Shown in pieces: positions 13,521 to 26,963 of a stretch of DNA of 64,000 bases. The translations under genes and the position numbers were made by a program. Position 1 is the first letter of the stretch; each line of letters begins with the position of its first letter. The DNA lies in assembly GCF_009914755.1 (NCBI RefSeq), contig NC_060939.1; one strand, written 5' to 3'. The DNA is from the human T2T-CHM13v2.0 reference genome, Homo sapiens. The notes below the pieces were generated by a model, which was not told where the DNA came from, made no database searches, and worked only from the letters and a program-made list of their open reading frames with translations.

Positions 13521-14891
13521 TTCACCCGTGCTTTGGCCACAGCACCGCAGTGCTCTCTAAGGACTTCTGTAAGCTGCACAGTTTGCTCCCGACGCATGCA
13601 TTAAAGGATTGACATTGGTCTGGAAAGACCCCTGGTGTGGAGTGCCACAAGACTGTGCCCTTTGCTTTGTGCCGTTCAACATTTTTATCCATGTCCCTAA
13701 CGAAAACACAAAGACACACTTACCACATAAACGAAGCAGTTTGCACAGGCTGGAGGAATAGATCATGAAAACAGGACCGCGTAAAATAATCTGTCACACC
13801 CGTGGACAGAAACCTCGACTGCCATTGCAAAGTGCACAAGTCTGCAGCTTGGTTTTTAGTTTATTTTAGTTTTCAGGTAAGGCACGAATGTGCAAGAGGA
13901 AGCTTAGGAGCAGAGTTTGAGACAAGGATGTGGGCAGTTAAGAGCCTGCACTGACTCCTCTGATCACAGCGTTCGGCTCAATCTGCACAAACCATGTTGA
14001 GAATCTTCCCTAGAATTTCTGCCGAGACTTAGCAGTGGGCACAAAACCCATCACTCTGCTTATGTGCTGCTGTTTATACTGGGTGCCTCTGAGCACCATG
14101 TGGGAAACAAAGACCAGAGTCTCTTGTGGAGGAAGAGAGGGCAGCACACAGTGGGGGAGGCTGGTCGGTCGTATGTCAGGTGATGATGGTACCAGAATGG
14201 CTGGGGGCCTCCTGGGAATTTCCACAAGTCCGTTGAAGTCCCCAGCCAGGGGATGGTTGAGTCCAAATCCGAGGCCTCCAGGTTCCCATTAGCATCCTCG
14301 GGAAGCCACAGCACCAAAATCTGCCCCCCACCCTGGCCTTTGCTGACCCCAGGAATAGCTCCGGCTCCTGCCCCTCAACATTTGCAGGATGTTCGCCACC
14401 ATGCTTCACTCAGCAAAAGTATTTTTTCTACAGATGTTTATTGAACGCCGACAGCACTAGACAGCCAGTGTTCTAGGCCCTGGGGATACATTTTTAATGA
14501 AATACAGAGAGAAAAGATGAGGAGAGAAAAGACACAAATTCCAGCCCTCAGATCTGAGAGACAGTCTAACCCAGAGCCCAGCCAATCCAATCAGGATTTG
14601 GGACCTAATGCAATATTCAGACAGCCCAAATATAATCGTTTTAAGCTAGAATGATCAGGACTTGGGTTTAAAAAGCAAAGTAGATTTTGTTCCACAATAA
14701 AATCACTGCTTCTGATTTTTGTGGAGAAGATGCTGCAATTAGGGGTTTTTCCATTAGATCCGAAGCCAAGTGGAGAATGCCAGAAGTTTGGCATTCCCAA
14801 GAATTTTTGTAGGATCTGGAAATGAGAGTGTTTTGCTTTTTGCTGGCGTATCAGTTAGGAGATCTTGACGTTCTTGTTTCAGCTGCAGGCA

Positions 14892-14894
<3 letters not shown>

Positions 14895-14952
<58 letters not shown>
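14895..14952. repeat. (GT)29 microsatellite
   Basis: Directly visible, uninterrupted. Confidence 0.99.
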
Positions 14953-14955
<3 letters not shown>

Positions 14956-17673
14956 TACATGAGAAAACCCCTGACCCATGGTCAAACAACCCCCAAAACT
15001 GCCAGTTGATTAGAAAAATGTCCTGTTTCCTTCAGGCCCCAGAGGACATACATTTAAGTAAATACTTTAATTAAATTACATCCTGTTGCCAAGTAATTTC
15101 TTAAAAGAGAGGCGGTAAATGGAATCTCTTCTGGGAAAGTTTGCTATAATTACTGGATGGCTTTCTTGGGGAGGAAAATGTTTATTTAAAAACTCCGCAG
15201 CCTCTTATACTTCTATGCCAGGTCTCTGACCCTGGGGGAAAAAAAGGAAACTTGTTCACTTCCTGAGGTTGCCAAATTTAGGATTTCTCCCTGGCGATGG
15301 GAACAGCTATCAGGGATTGTTTTGCCTTCCCAGCCAGGCTCCTGCCCTGGAGTGGGCATGAGCGGCAGGACCCCTTTGCTCTGGGGATTAAAGATGTTTG
15401 CACTGGACCCAACCAGAGACTATTCCCAGGCTTGGTAGGTGTCCATATATAAACTCTCCGTTCCGCATCTTTTACCTACTTAAACGTAGTCAGTGCCTGG
15501 GCAAAGACTCATGTGAACATTTGTTTTTGAAAAATGTTTGTTTTCTCATAAAGAAATACATATTCTCTGTAGAAAATTTGGAAACACAATAAAGGCTAAG
15601 CAGGAAAATAAGAATCATTTTCCTACAACCCAGGGAAAAAGTACATTTTTGACTGTTTTTTTTCCCCTCCTTGTATTTTTTTTTTCCCAAACACATATAT
15701 GTAGTCGCGCTGACACTGTGTAAATGAATTATTTCATAAGATTTTGTCAAAAGGAAAGGTGAATGGCCTCTGGCCCCAGGATCTGGGCTCCCAGTGCAGC
15801 TGAGGCCTGCTCACTTGGCTTCATACATTTTTAATAGAACTCTTCCGTCTCATGTTATGAGAGATAAAAGATCTATGATTCAATCAGGCACCTTCTTGGC
15901 TCAGGTGAAGAGTCTGTGAACCAAAAGGCCACAGGTCAATTACCTCGGAGCTGCTAAGAATTGCAGCCTGCCGGCTCAGTCTGGCTTCAACCGTTGCATT
16001 ATTACTCTAATAAAATGTCCTCGGCTACATTTTCGTAACAGTTGGTGATAGGAGTCCCAAAGGGGATTGGGCATTTATCTTGAACACGGGCTCTGCCCAC
16101 GTTCCTACCATAGCATAGCAAAGTTTGGCTTAAAATTGAATGCGATCCTCCTGTTGATTCTTTCTGTGTGTTTTATCCCACAAAATGCCCCAAAGGGTTA
16201 GTTGGTTTTCAAAAGCTACGTGTTAGACACAGTTTGGTCTTTTTTTACCCTCCTTTCATGGCCTTGAGATTATGAATTGATGCTTTTCTTAGATGAATAC
16301 CAAGAGAAAAGAACTTTACAAAATAACAAAATTTCATCCTGGGAATCCACAGTGGACTCTTCTTGCTTTGCGGGGAGCTTCTGGCAGAAGCTCTGCAGTG
16401 GGGAAGGATGGTGGTGGTGGGCTGGCACAGGCCTGTATGATTATATTTCGTGCTAGAGCCGCAGTCAGTAACACAGCCATTACTATGCCGTCTAAGACAG
16501 ATTAAAAACCTGGTGTCTTTTCTGCTGATTGAACTCTGGAAACTTAACATGAACTTTGAAGAACTCTGCCCTAAATCCAGCTCACTGAAGGGATACAATA
16601 CTTGGGACACATTAAATCTAAAAGAATCTTCAGGTCATCTTTTCTTGGACCTCGGATTTACAGATGAGGAAAGTGAGGCTCTTTGAGGGTTGAGCAACAT
16701 GCTCTAGGTCCCACCCCACCATGGCAGAGAGGAAAGTGGTGCCCACCTCTCCATAGCCTAAGCCATGCCTCACCTGTGCTTCCTGGTACCTCTTAGCGCT
16801 CGCATTCTAAGTACACCGGTGAGTACACTACTGAACTACGTGTTGAGATGGGTACCATGGAAACGAGAGATGCCCACCCTTGACTCAGCAGTTGGATTAC
16901 TTTAAAAACAGATGCCAACCTATGGAGTTCCCATTTTGTTCTTAACTGGAATGAGTGTGCTGTAGAATTACATAAATGCACCTGTAGCTGCAGCATCTTG
17001 TCTGGGCTTGGGCTGTACCCTGTGAGGGAGGGAGGGAGGGAGGGAGGGAAGGGGAGGATGTTTCATCAATGTTGCCAATGTCTGCTATGCTTTTAAAGAA
17101 ATGTTCTGCACGCATTTCTGGTATCCGCTAAGGCTTTATTTAGTGGTTCCAGAGACCCACAGGAAAGCCAGGGGTAAGGAAGAGAAAAGACAAAAGACAT
17201 CAATAGAGCTATGAATGAGAAAAAAAATAAAGGAGTTGAACAGGAGGAGTTTTTTCAAAGAGATGACTCAGTAGAAAAACAATAGCAGTATAAAAAGACT
17301 TGGAAAAGCATGAAGAGAAAGAAAGAGTGTTAATAATGTTAACCTTTCGGAACTTATCCAGTGCACAGCAGGAATGGGAGCCTGTTTTGTTTGGTTGAAA
17401 ACATCCACCTGACAGTAAAGACTTCCTAAAAGCCCAAATAAGAGGGCTGAGTTTGCAGCTCAATTGCTCCACTGATAACTCCTCATGCTCCTTGGGGCTG
17501 CAAAGGTTTTGGGAGCATCATTTCGTGGATCCCTGACCTTGACTGTCTTCCTCTTGGGAATTTCACTGTACACTCTGTAGAAGTGTGGTATGTCTGAGGT
17601 TAGCACCTAGGGATGCCTTCATCACCTTCACTCTTGGGAGGGGCATAGAGCTGGGCCAAGGACACAGTCTTTT

Positions 17674-17879
17674 GCGGGTACATAGTAGGTGAATATATTT
17701 ATGGGGTACATGAGATATTTTGAAACAGGCATACAATGCATAATAATCACATCAGGGTCAACAGGGCATCCATCACCTCAAGCATTTATCCTTTCTTTGT
17801 ATTATAAATGATTCAATTGCACTATTTTAGTTATTTTTAAATATACAGTAAATTACTGTTTACTGTAGTTGCCTTGTTG
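17674..17879 (-). mobile_element. Heavily 5'-truncated L1MA 3' end with target-site duplication (TSD)
   Basis: GGGTACATAGTAGGTG...CATCCATCACCTCAAGCATTTATC; flanked by AAGGACACAGTCTTTT (17658-17673) and AAGAGCACAGTCTTTT (17880-17895). Confidence 0.85.
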
Positions 17880-19559
17880 AAGAGCACAGTCTTTTGAGCA
17901 AGACTGAGCGTTTCATCGTGGACCGTGCCACTTACTAGTTCTGTGATACTGGCCAAGTGGGTAGGAATTTTCGAGCCTCAGTAGGTATCTGTAAATGGAT
18001 GTCAGTTCTGTCCACTCTCAGGATTGGCATGGGGACTGAGGCCCAGGTCGTCCATGCATGGTTGTCGTTGTTGGTAGTGATATTCAGTCTACCCTCATTC
18101 TTGGACCACTGTGTGTCTTTCACTTAGTGTCGGGTCTCTGCTGTAGCAATGTTTGGCCAAGACAGGGGGCCAGAATGAGTTCTCTAAGAAAAGGCTGGCA
18201 TTAAATATTGTCCAGTATTTTCTCAAGCCCAGAGGGTCACACCATGTGCAGGCGTGTGGCAGGGGGAGAATGAGGGAGCAGTGGGGCCAGGTGTGAGGAG
18301 AACTGAACTCTCCCTGGGAGCATCTAGGGATGCCTCCTTGAGGATGCAGAACCACAGAGGTCCTCAAGGAAAATGAGGACTTCAACACAGCATTCTAGGT
18401 GGAGCGAATGGCTGCAGGGAAGTCTGAGAGGCTAAGTGTATAGGGTAATTCCCAGTCTAGGGCTGTGTTATGTTTTCATTACCATAGAATCAGTGCAGGG
18501 GTGGTGAGGGTGTGTATGGTCGGTGATGAAGCTGGAAGGGAGGGATTTTGGATAAGGCTATGAATTTTCAGATTTTACTGTGCATGTAATGGACAAACTG
18601 GGTGAAAGCTTTGGGTAGCGGAGGTGCTCTCTGGGTTTTGGCAGAAAGCCCTGGTGCGGTGATTGGGTAGGTTGGAGTGGGCAGCATCTTGCAGGTGCAG
18701 AGGCCCCCATCGAAGGCGGTTGCGATGCTCCTGGCAAAATTTGGGGAAAGCAGGCCAAGTTGGAGATGTGGTGAGGAGACAGCTTTGAGGAGCATCATGG
18801 AAGCAGTACTAAAAAGATTTGGAGCATGGTTGGATTGCCCTTATAAGGGACAGAGAAGAGATAACAATTACTCTGAAATTTCAAGTCCATACAGCTGGCA
18901 GCTGTGATAGGAAGTCAAGATAGAAAAAGTGGGGCGGGGCGGGCGGGGTGAGAGAAAACAAGTCACATTTGGACACCTTGATTTTGAGGCATCAGGGGAA
19001 GTCCATGTCAGTGGATTTAGCTGGTAGTGTGGGATGTGGGTTTAGCACTTAGAGCATGGATCAGAGCAAGGTATGTACAGGAAACTTTGTGATGCTATCT
19101 TATTTATATAGAATTTTAGAATTTACCAAAGAATCTCACGTGTAAAAAAAACAAAAGAACTCCATGGATGGGGCATTGTTTTTCCATTCTGGGATGAGGA
19201 AACTGAGGCCATGCCTACGTAAATGTATTGATTAGAAAAGAGTCAAGTTGAAGGAGATTTCTGAGCATATTGTTCCAGCACCTGCAAGTGTGGAAATGGA
19301 CACGGATGTCCTCTTAGTATTTCTGCCCTTTGGAGAGACTTCTGCAACCCTCCTCTCCTCCAAGAGCAGGGTAACTTCCTCCTCTTGCATTCTCCCTCCA
19401 ACTCTCTTCCCCTTAGTGGAGAAGTAACGATGTTCACGCTTGGGCAGCTGGATGGACACGTCGTGGAGTGAAAACCTAAAGGGAACTAAATGCCGAGACG
19501 GTGGGCAAAGGAGAACGAGGGAGGAGCAGAGGGTGACTTCCAGCTGGGACTGGCATGTG

Positions 19560-20730
19560 TTCGTTCAGCCCGAGCTTCCACAGCACACCACATGCTAGCT
19601 TAAGAGCTGTGCATACAGCAGCAAACAAAATAGAGAAAAATCCCTTCCCACTCAGATCACATATTCCAGTGAGGGAGAGAGACAGTAAACAATATAACTA
19701 AGCAGAGTAGGTGGTGGCTCGCTGGTGGCAAAAAAGACGGGGATAGGAGTGTTGGGAGTCGTACAGTTTTAGTGTCAGAGGGGCAGGTCTCACTGAGGTT
19801 TTGGCATGTGTGTAAAGACATCAAGGGAGTGAGGGACAAGCCGGGAGGTTATCTGGAGGAAAAACATTCCAGACAGACCAGTGAGGGCTGAGGCTTATTA
19901 GGGCTGGAGCAGGCTGGCGTTGATGAGCTGGGAGCAGGCGCATGGGTGGGACCCAGTGAGGGAGGGGGAGGAGCAGAATGAATGGGGGCGCCATGGCAGA
20001 TCACGTGGAGTCCTGGTGACCATTGGGCTGATCTTGGCTTTTATGCAGAAGGACCTGGGAAGCCATTGCAGGGTGCTGAGCAGAGAAGCGACATGGTCTG
20101 ACAACTCCTGGGTGCTCTGTGGAGAGTGGACTGTGGAGGAGTGAGGAGGAAAGTGGGGGCTGTATGCAGGGATCCAGGAGAGGGATCCTGGAGACTTGGG
20201 GCCGGGGATAGCACAGATGCCTCCTAAAGGAAGCACTGACAGAATGTTCAGATGGATTCGATGTAGAGAAGGGGAAGAGGCCAGAAGTCCAGCATGACCT
20301 GAGTAACTGGCTAGGTGAGGCTGCCAATGGATGGGGATGGCTCAGAGAGAGCAGGCTGGGGTGGGGTGTTTGGATGTGCTATGCTGGAGATACTGCTGGA
20401 ACATCCAAGTGGAGACGATGAGTGTGCCTGGAAGTCGGGGGAATGTGAGTTTATGAGTCATCGGGGTAGAGATGGTACTTAACACTGCGAGGCTGGGCGA
20501 GATGGTTTGGGGCATGGATGTAAGAAAAAGGGAGCCTGCAGCAACTCCCTTGCTGAGCAATCAGAAGAGGAAAACCTGGCCCAGAGACCAGGGGAAGCAT
20601 CCAGGGTGGGCAGGACCAGGTGGAAGCCCTGCAGCCACAGGAAGAAAGTATTTCCAGGAGGAAGCAGGACCAACTGGGTTCCCAAAGTAGAGGATGGATC
20701 AGGTCAGGTGACAGCGACCATTGGATTCAC
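19560..20730 (-). mobile_element. L2 (L2a-like) fragment
   Basis: ATACAGCAGCAAACAAAATAGAG, GGGAAGCCATTGCAGGGTGCTGAGCAGAGAAG, ACATCCAAGTGGAGACG motifs; boundaries approximate. Confidence 0.75.
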
Positions 20731-23700
20731 CCACTTTCACGCCTGGGAAGGCCTCGTTCCCATGTCCCCTCCAGTGGTGGCATGTGGCTATGGGAACTGT
20801 CATTGAGACGTTGGCTGGCCCTTTGGCCAGTGAAAATAACGCTTCCATGTATCAATTCTGTCCCTGCGTTAGTACTGATAGCTCTAACTGTCATTCGCTG
20901 ATTTCCTGTTTAATCTGTCAAGTGATCTACGTCTACCCCCTCATTTCATTCTCACCATGGCACTGTAAGGTTACCACATTTTGCATCTGAGGGAACTGAG
21001 GTTTGGAAAGATTCAATGGCTTGTCCAAGGTCATAGTTAAAGAGGCAGGGCAGGATGGAGAATCCAGGACAATGAAGCTCCCAGGTACATGGGTTTTTGA
21101 ACTGTGGGTAGTTACTCCAGTGGCCCGGAAAACTCCAGGGCTCTTTCTCCCATACCGGCCATGTACAGGGTCAGCCTTCTATTTTTCCAGGTGGCCTCAT
21201 GAGTTCTCTGGAGACCCTTAGATGAATTTGTAGAACAGGTTGGTAATGACCCCAAATCAAAATTGCTCTGTGCTGTATATGTTATGTCAATAGCAGCGCA
21301 AAAGTGAACTTTGCCAATGGGAAACATCATGATTTTGCTTTTTCCTTCGTCCAAACTGTGTTTGCTGAAAATCCCTGTCGTATGGCCCAAAGGGATACAG
21401 AAACCCAGATCTGTTTAAATATAGAATATATAAACTCATGGAAATATGCACATATAGGATTATTAATTCTAAGAAGACTCTTGGGCAGATAGAGTGATCT
21501 AAGAGGACCAGGAACCAGGCTGTGGGCTGCCTGGTTTTGCTTCCTGTTGCCCCCTTGCTGACAACATGAGGCTAGCTCCTGCCAGCCCTAGGGAGCTCAC
21601 CACAGGACAGTTTAGAGAGGGAGGACAAAGCTCACATAATTGCAACCGTGAAGTGGCTTTTAACACCCGTGGAGCCCCAGACCTTTAGGACCTGTCCTTT
21701 GCAGAGGCTCTTCCCTGAGAAGTCCCTGAGAGTGTGAATGTCCCCCAGTCTCCATCCAGTGTTACTTCCCAGCCCAGAAAAGGCATTGCTTCCTCTCCTG
21801 GGGTGGGGATGCAGCCCAGTGCTGTTTGCAGAGCCTGTGGCTTATAAAGCCTGGTGGTAGGGAAAAGACAGAAGTTTTGGGTGGTACCACAATTTGGGTC
21901 CCTGGAGGCTGGTCCCATCCTGAGCTCACTGGCAAGGAAGGGGTCTCATGCACTGCCTAGTGTAGACTCTAGTGTCAGCCAGATGTGCCCACGACCTGTT
22001 TCTGCCAAAACACTGTCTCTTCCAGTATAACTGGGGCGTGGCCACTGCCCAGGGCTTGGACCAGCACCACCAAGCCACTCTCCAACTGCAGAACATCCCA
22101 AGGCCATGTTGAAATTAGAGGAAGATGCCCCATCTGTTTTCTAGATTTCTCCTGCATGTCTGACAATCCTTCTAGCCAGCTGGATTTCATGAAACCCAAA
22201 GTGGATCTTGCCTGGAGCACATTCTTTTCTGATTTTTAAAGCCAATCTGAGAATTTGTTCTGGAAAATGTAATATGTGTGCTTCTTTTGCCAGCCTATTA
22301 TTGAAGAAGGGCTGGCAAAATACCAAATTATTGAATTTGGTATCTGAAAAACCTTCTGAGGTTTTCTTTTCTTTTTTTTTTTTTTCTATCTGTGTTTGAG
22401 TTTTTCTTTTTCTCTCACTGAAAATTCCACTTCGCCAAGAATTAAGGGACTCTAGCTCCTGGGAGCTGCCTTTAGGTTTAAACACTGACAGCTCTGCATT
22501 CTCCCCACCCTGGGCAGCGGCATTGCTTAACCCAACCTCTTTACACACCTTGATAGGGAGCTGTTTGCCTCCTTCAAAGCCACAGTATTTTTTTTATCAA
22601 AAAAATTGTTTCCATTATCACTCTTTGGTCCTGAGTTCTAGCTTTGCTGCTATCCAATTAAATTTGCCTTCCTGGGCTGCAGATTCATCCATTTCAAAAG
22701 GACCAAGTCAGGTGGTCTCTGAGACTTCTTCCAGCCCTGAAGTCTTGTGACTTTGTAGGTTCTTAATTTCTTACCTTATACTGTGCTGGGAAGCACCCAA
22801 ATCTCGTGGTAATTACATTTTTCCTTCAACAGACCATTAGAATGTGACCTCTGTGAAGACAACAGAAATGGAGGAGGCGATCCATGGGCATCTTCTGAAG
22901 CTGTTTTGGTTAACTTTGATTTGGAAGTCCTGGTTCCAGGTTCTCCTGTTTCCTGGGACCAGCTCCAGAAGTTCATTATTTTCATAAATAATAAATGAAT
23001 GCATACTAGGGACTGGACACTGTTTTGAGTGCTGAGTATACAGAAGCGAATAAAACCAAATACCCTGTCCTCACAAGAGCAATATGCAATACGGTAGCAT
23101 CATGCCGTGGGATGGTCAGTTGTATTCTGTAAGCCCCCTAACAGGTTTGATTCTCCATAATTAGTTTCTCTTGCTTACAACCATCATCTTTAAGATCCAC
23201 AATCATTTTCACCTACATAGTATTTGGTAACAATGTTCATGCCAAATGATATGTTTTACTGCCAGACAAGACTGCCTTTTCTTCCTGGCTTGTCCTGGAG
23301 GATTCATGCATTCTTCATTAAACCCTCCAAACAGCTCTCTCTGTATAGATAGGAACCTGATGCTCAGAGACTGATGCGTGGTGATATTTCAAAGAAATGG
23401 TCAAGCTAGGTTTCCAACCCAGATCCCCGACTCTAAATCTAGGCTTCTTTTAATGAAAAGCCCAGTGCAAAATGAAGTCATGTGTCCATATAACAGGGAG
23501 TCAGCTTCTAGAATGCTAAACCTAGAACTTATTTCATGGGTCCTAATTATCAGCCTTAACCTCCACCCCCAGCATGAGTTAAATTCCTGACAGATTTCTA
23601 AAATGGTCTTTGCATTTCTATAACACCAGGTTTGCATTACTAAAAAGCATGCTTTCACTTTATCGTCATTCATTCTTATTCTCACTGTCAAGCCAACTGT

Positions 23701-24408
23701 GTAATCCCCTGGAAGACATAGCCCAAGACTTGATGTTATCTACAGATTACATTGCCTTGCTCCAGCAGTTCATTCAGGAACTAGAATATTAGCAGGCTTC
23801 CTTCCCTTCAGCTGGTTTTTAATTTTTTACCCCCAGCTTACCATAGCAGCTTAGTGGTGAGCATTCTGGCAAGGTTGTGACTTTAACACCATCACCTGGG
23901 TCTGTGGTTTATGACAAGGTGATCTGTCCTTATCCATGGCTGTTGGATCACTAGAGTCCCAGGTAATGAGAAGAGCAGTTAATCTCACATGTATAGTAGT
24001 GAGACCTAAATGCCTCCTGTGCTCCTTACTAAAATGATTTGAAGGTGACCAAGAACCTCCCATGAAGATCACAGAAGAGCAGAGTGTACTGGAGCTGAAA
24101 GACATGTGTTCAGGTGTTTGTTTCTCTAAGGAAGCAGTAGAGAATGTGAATAGATGTGCTACCTCATCTCTCTGATCATGTGTCCTCATGTTTAAAATGG
24201 AGATAATGATCCCAGTCTGAACAACCTTGCTGGTTGGCCAGGAGAAAATATATGAGCTAATAATGTGTGTAAAGGCACTAGGTAAGTTACAAAATTCTGT
24301 ACCAGTGTGAGATCATTATTTGCCTTCTATAAACATAAAAAGTGATTTTCAAAAAGGGAAATGCATGGGAATGTAGAAGTAGCTGGCTATTTTAAAGGAC
24401 ACATGCAA

Positions 24409-26232
24409 AAGTCTCAGGATACAAAATCAATGTGCAAAAATCACAAGCAATCCTATACGCCAACAATAGACAAGCAGAGAGCCAAATCATGAATGAACTC
24501 CCATTCATAATTGCTACAAAGAGAATAAAATACCTAGGAATACAGCTAACAAGGGATGTGAAGGACCTCTTCAAGGGGAGCTACAAACCACTGCCCAAGA
24601 AAATAAGAGAGGACACAAACAAATGGAAAAACATTCCATCCTCCTGGATAGGAAGAATCAATATTGTGAAAATGGCCATACTGCCCAAAGTAATTTATAG
24701 ATGCAATGCTATTCCCATCAAACTACCATGGATATTCTTCATAGAATTCGAAAAAAACTACTTCAAATTTTATATGGAACCAAAAAAGAAACCATATAGC
24801 CAAGACCATCCTAAGCAAAAAGAACAAAGCTGGATAAATCATACTACCAGTCTTCAAACTATACTACAAGGCTACGGTAACCAAAACAGCATGGTACTGG
24901 TACCAAAAAAGACATATAGACCAATGGAACAGAACAGAGACCTCAGAAATAACACCACACATCTACAACCATCTGATCTTCAAGAAACGGGACAAAAGCA
25001 ATGGGGAAAGGATTCCTTATTTAATAAATGTTGCTGGGAATACTGGCTAGCCATATTTAGAAAACTGAAACTGGACCCCGTCCTCCTCAAGATGGATTAA
25101 AGACTTAAATGTAAAACCCAAAACCGGAAAAACCCTAGAAGAAAACCTAGGCAATACAATTAAGGACATAGGCATGGGCAAAGACTTCATGACAAAAATG
25201 CCAAAAGCAATTACAACAAAACCCAAAATTGACAAATGGGATCTAATTAAACTAAAGAGCTTCTGCATAGCAAAAGAAACTATCACAGTAAACAGGGAGA
25301 CTATAGAATGGAAGAAAAATTTTGCAATCTACCCGTCTGACAAAGATCTGATATCCAGAATCTACAAGGAACTTAAATTTACAAGAAAAAAAGAACCCAT
25401 CAAAAAGTGGGCAAAGGATATGAACAGACACTTCTCAAAAGAAGACATTTATGTGACTATCAAACATAGGAAGAAAAGCTCCATATCACTGATCATTAGA
25501 GAAACGCAAAACAAAACGACAATGAGATAGTGTTTTGTGCCAGTCAGAGTGGTGATTATTAAAAAGTCCAGAAACAGATGCTGGTGAGGCTGTGGAGAAA
25601 TAGTAACACTTTTACACTGTTGGTGGGAATGTAAATTAGTTCAACCACATGGAAGACAGTGTGGCGATTCCTCAAGGTTCTAGAACCAGAAATACCACAT
25701 GACCCAGCAATCCCATTACTGGGTATAAACCCAAAGGAATGTAAATCATTCTACTAAGAAGACACACGCACATGTATGTTTATTACAGCACTGTTTACAA
25801 TAGCAAAGACATGGAACCAACCCAAATGCCCATCATGATAGACTGGATAAAGAAAATGTGGTACATATACACCGTGGAATACCATACAGCCATAAAAAGG
25901 AATGAGATCATGTCCTTTGCAAGGACATGGATGAAGCTGGAAGCCATCATCCTCAGCAACATAACACAGGAACAGGAAACTAAACACCGCATGATCTCAC
26001 TCATAAGTGGGAGCTGAGCAGTGAGAACACATGCACAAACACCAGGGCCAGTTGGAGGCTTGGGGGCAAGGGGAGGGAGAGCATTAGGACAAATAGTTAA
26101 TGCATGTGGGGCTTAAAACCTAGATGATGGGTTGATAGGTGAAGCAAACCACCACGGCACATGTATACCTATGTAACAAACCTACACGTTCTGCACTTGT
26201 ATCCCAGAACTCAAAGTAAAAAATTAAAAAAA
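24409..26232 (+). mobile_element. 5'-truncated L1PA (L1PA8-PA10-like), ~1.8 kb, with TSD
   Basis: Decayed ORF2 C-terminal peptides ([43 protein letters not shown]), 3'UTR and A-tail; TSD TAAAGGACACATGCAA (24393-24408) / TAAAGGGCGCATGCAA (26233-26248). Confidence 0.97.
24432..26017 (+). pseudogene. Frameshifted L1 ORF2p C-terminal remnant (non-functional)
   Basis: ORFs 24432-25100, 25174-25530 and 25772-26017 carry L1 ORF2 peptides broken by frameshifts, stops and a small deletion near 25085. Confidence 0.9.
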
Positions 26233-26806
26233 TAAAGGGCGCATGCAATTTGGCACCCAGCTTCATTAATACTAATTTTGCATCTGTCACCTTAATCTTT
26301 TCAAGAAAGCCAAATATTAGAAAAATTTGGAATGTCTATTCAAAGGCATGGGAACAGATCAGTTCTTTGAATGTTTCAGGTTCCATTCAGATTTTGGTTT
26401 TCATGCTAGGCCAGTGAATTTTGGAGATACTGATTTCTAATGAGCATTTGAATCTGCTGTGCCCAGAGATATCCCAGTGTGAAATGAGAGCAATCATGTT
26501 ATCTTCCCCAAGTTCCAGGCCCAGGAAATGGGTAGTGGCCAAAGGCAGATGATGCAACTATAAATCCATCCACATTCCAAGAGCAGTGTCCTACCATGAC
26601 ACTGGTACCTTCCTCTCCTAAGAACCTGCTTGGTGCTCTGCCTGTGCAATTTTGAGGAGCACGTGGTGTATACCTGGACAATACTACCAGCCTCTCCCAC
26701 TGCCTGTGACATATTAGGCCATCTAGGGATATTAGGGTGGGTCAGGTGAGGTGGTTCTGAAGGAGAACAGATTGGTCCTCAGCCTTCTTTAATTACTGTC
26801 CTTTGA

Positions 26807-26963
26807 CTATGGGTCTCAAACATCAAAAGTGTCTGTGGAGCTGTTTAAAATGACCATTTCCAGATGCAACGTGTAGAAATTCAAGTTGACTTAGTCTGGG
26901 ATCTGGGCCTGGGAATCAGCATTTTGATGATACTAAGATTGATTCGGTTTGAGCAATCCTAGT
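26807..26963 (-). mobile_element. MER5-type hAT-Charlie DNA transposon remnant
   Basis: GGTCTCAAAC...AGTCTGGGATCTGGGCCTGGGAATCAGCATTTT...GTTTGAGCAATCCTAG. Confidence 0.6.
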
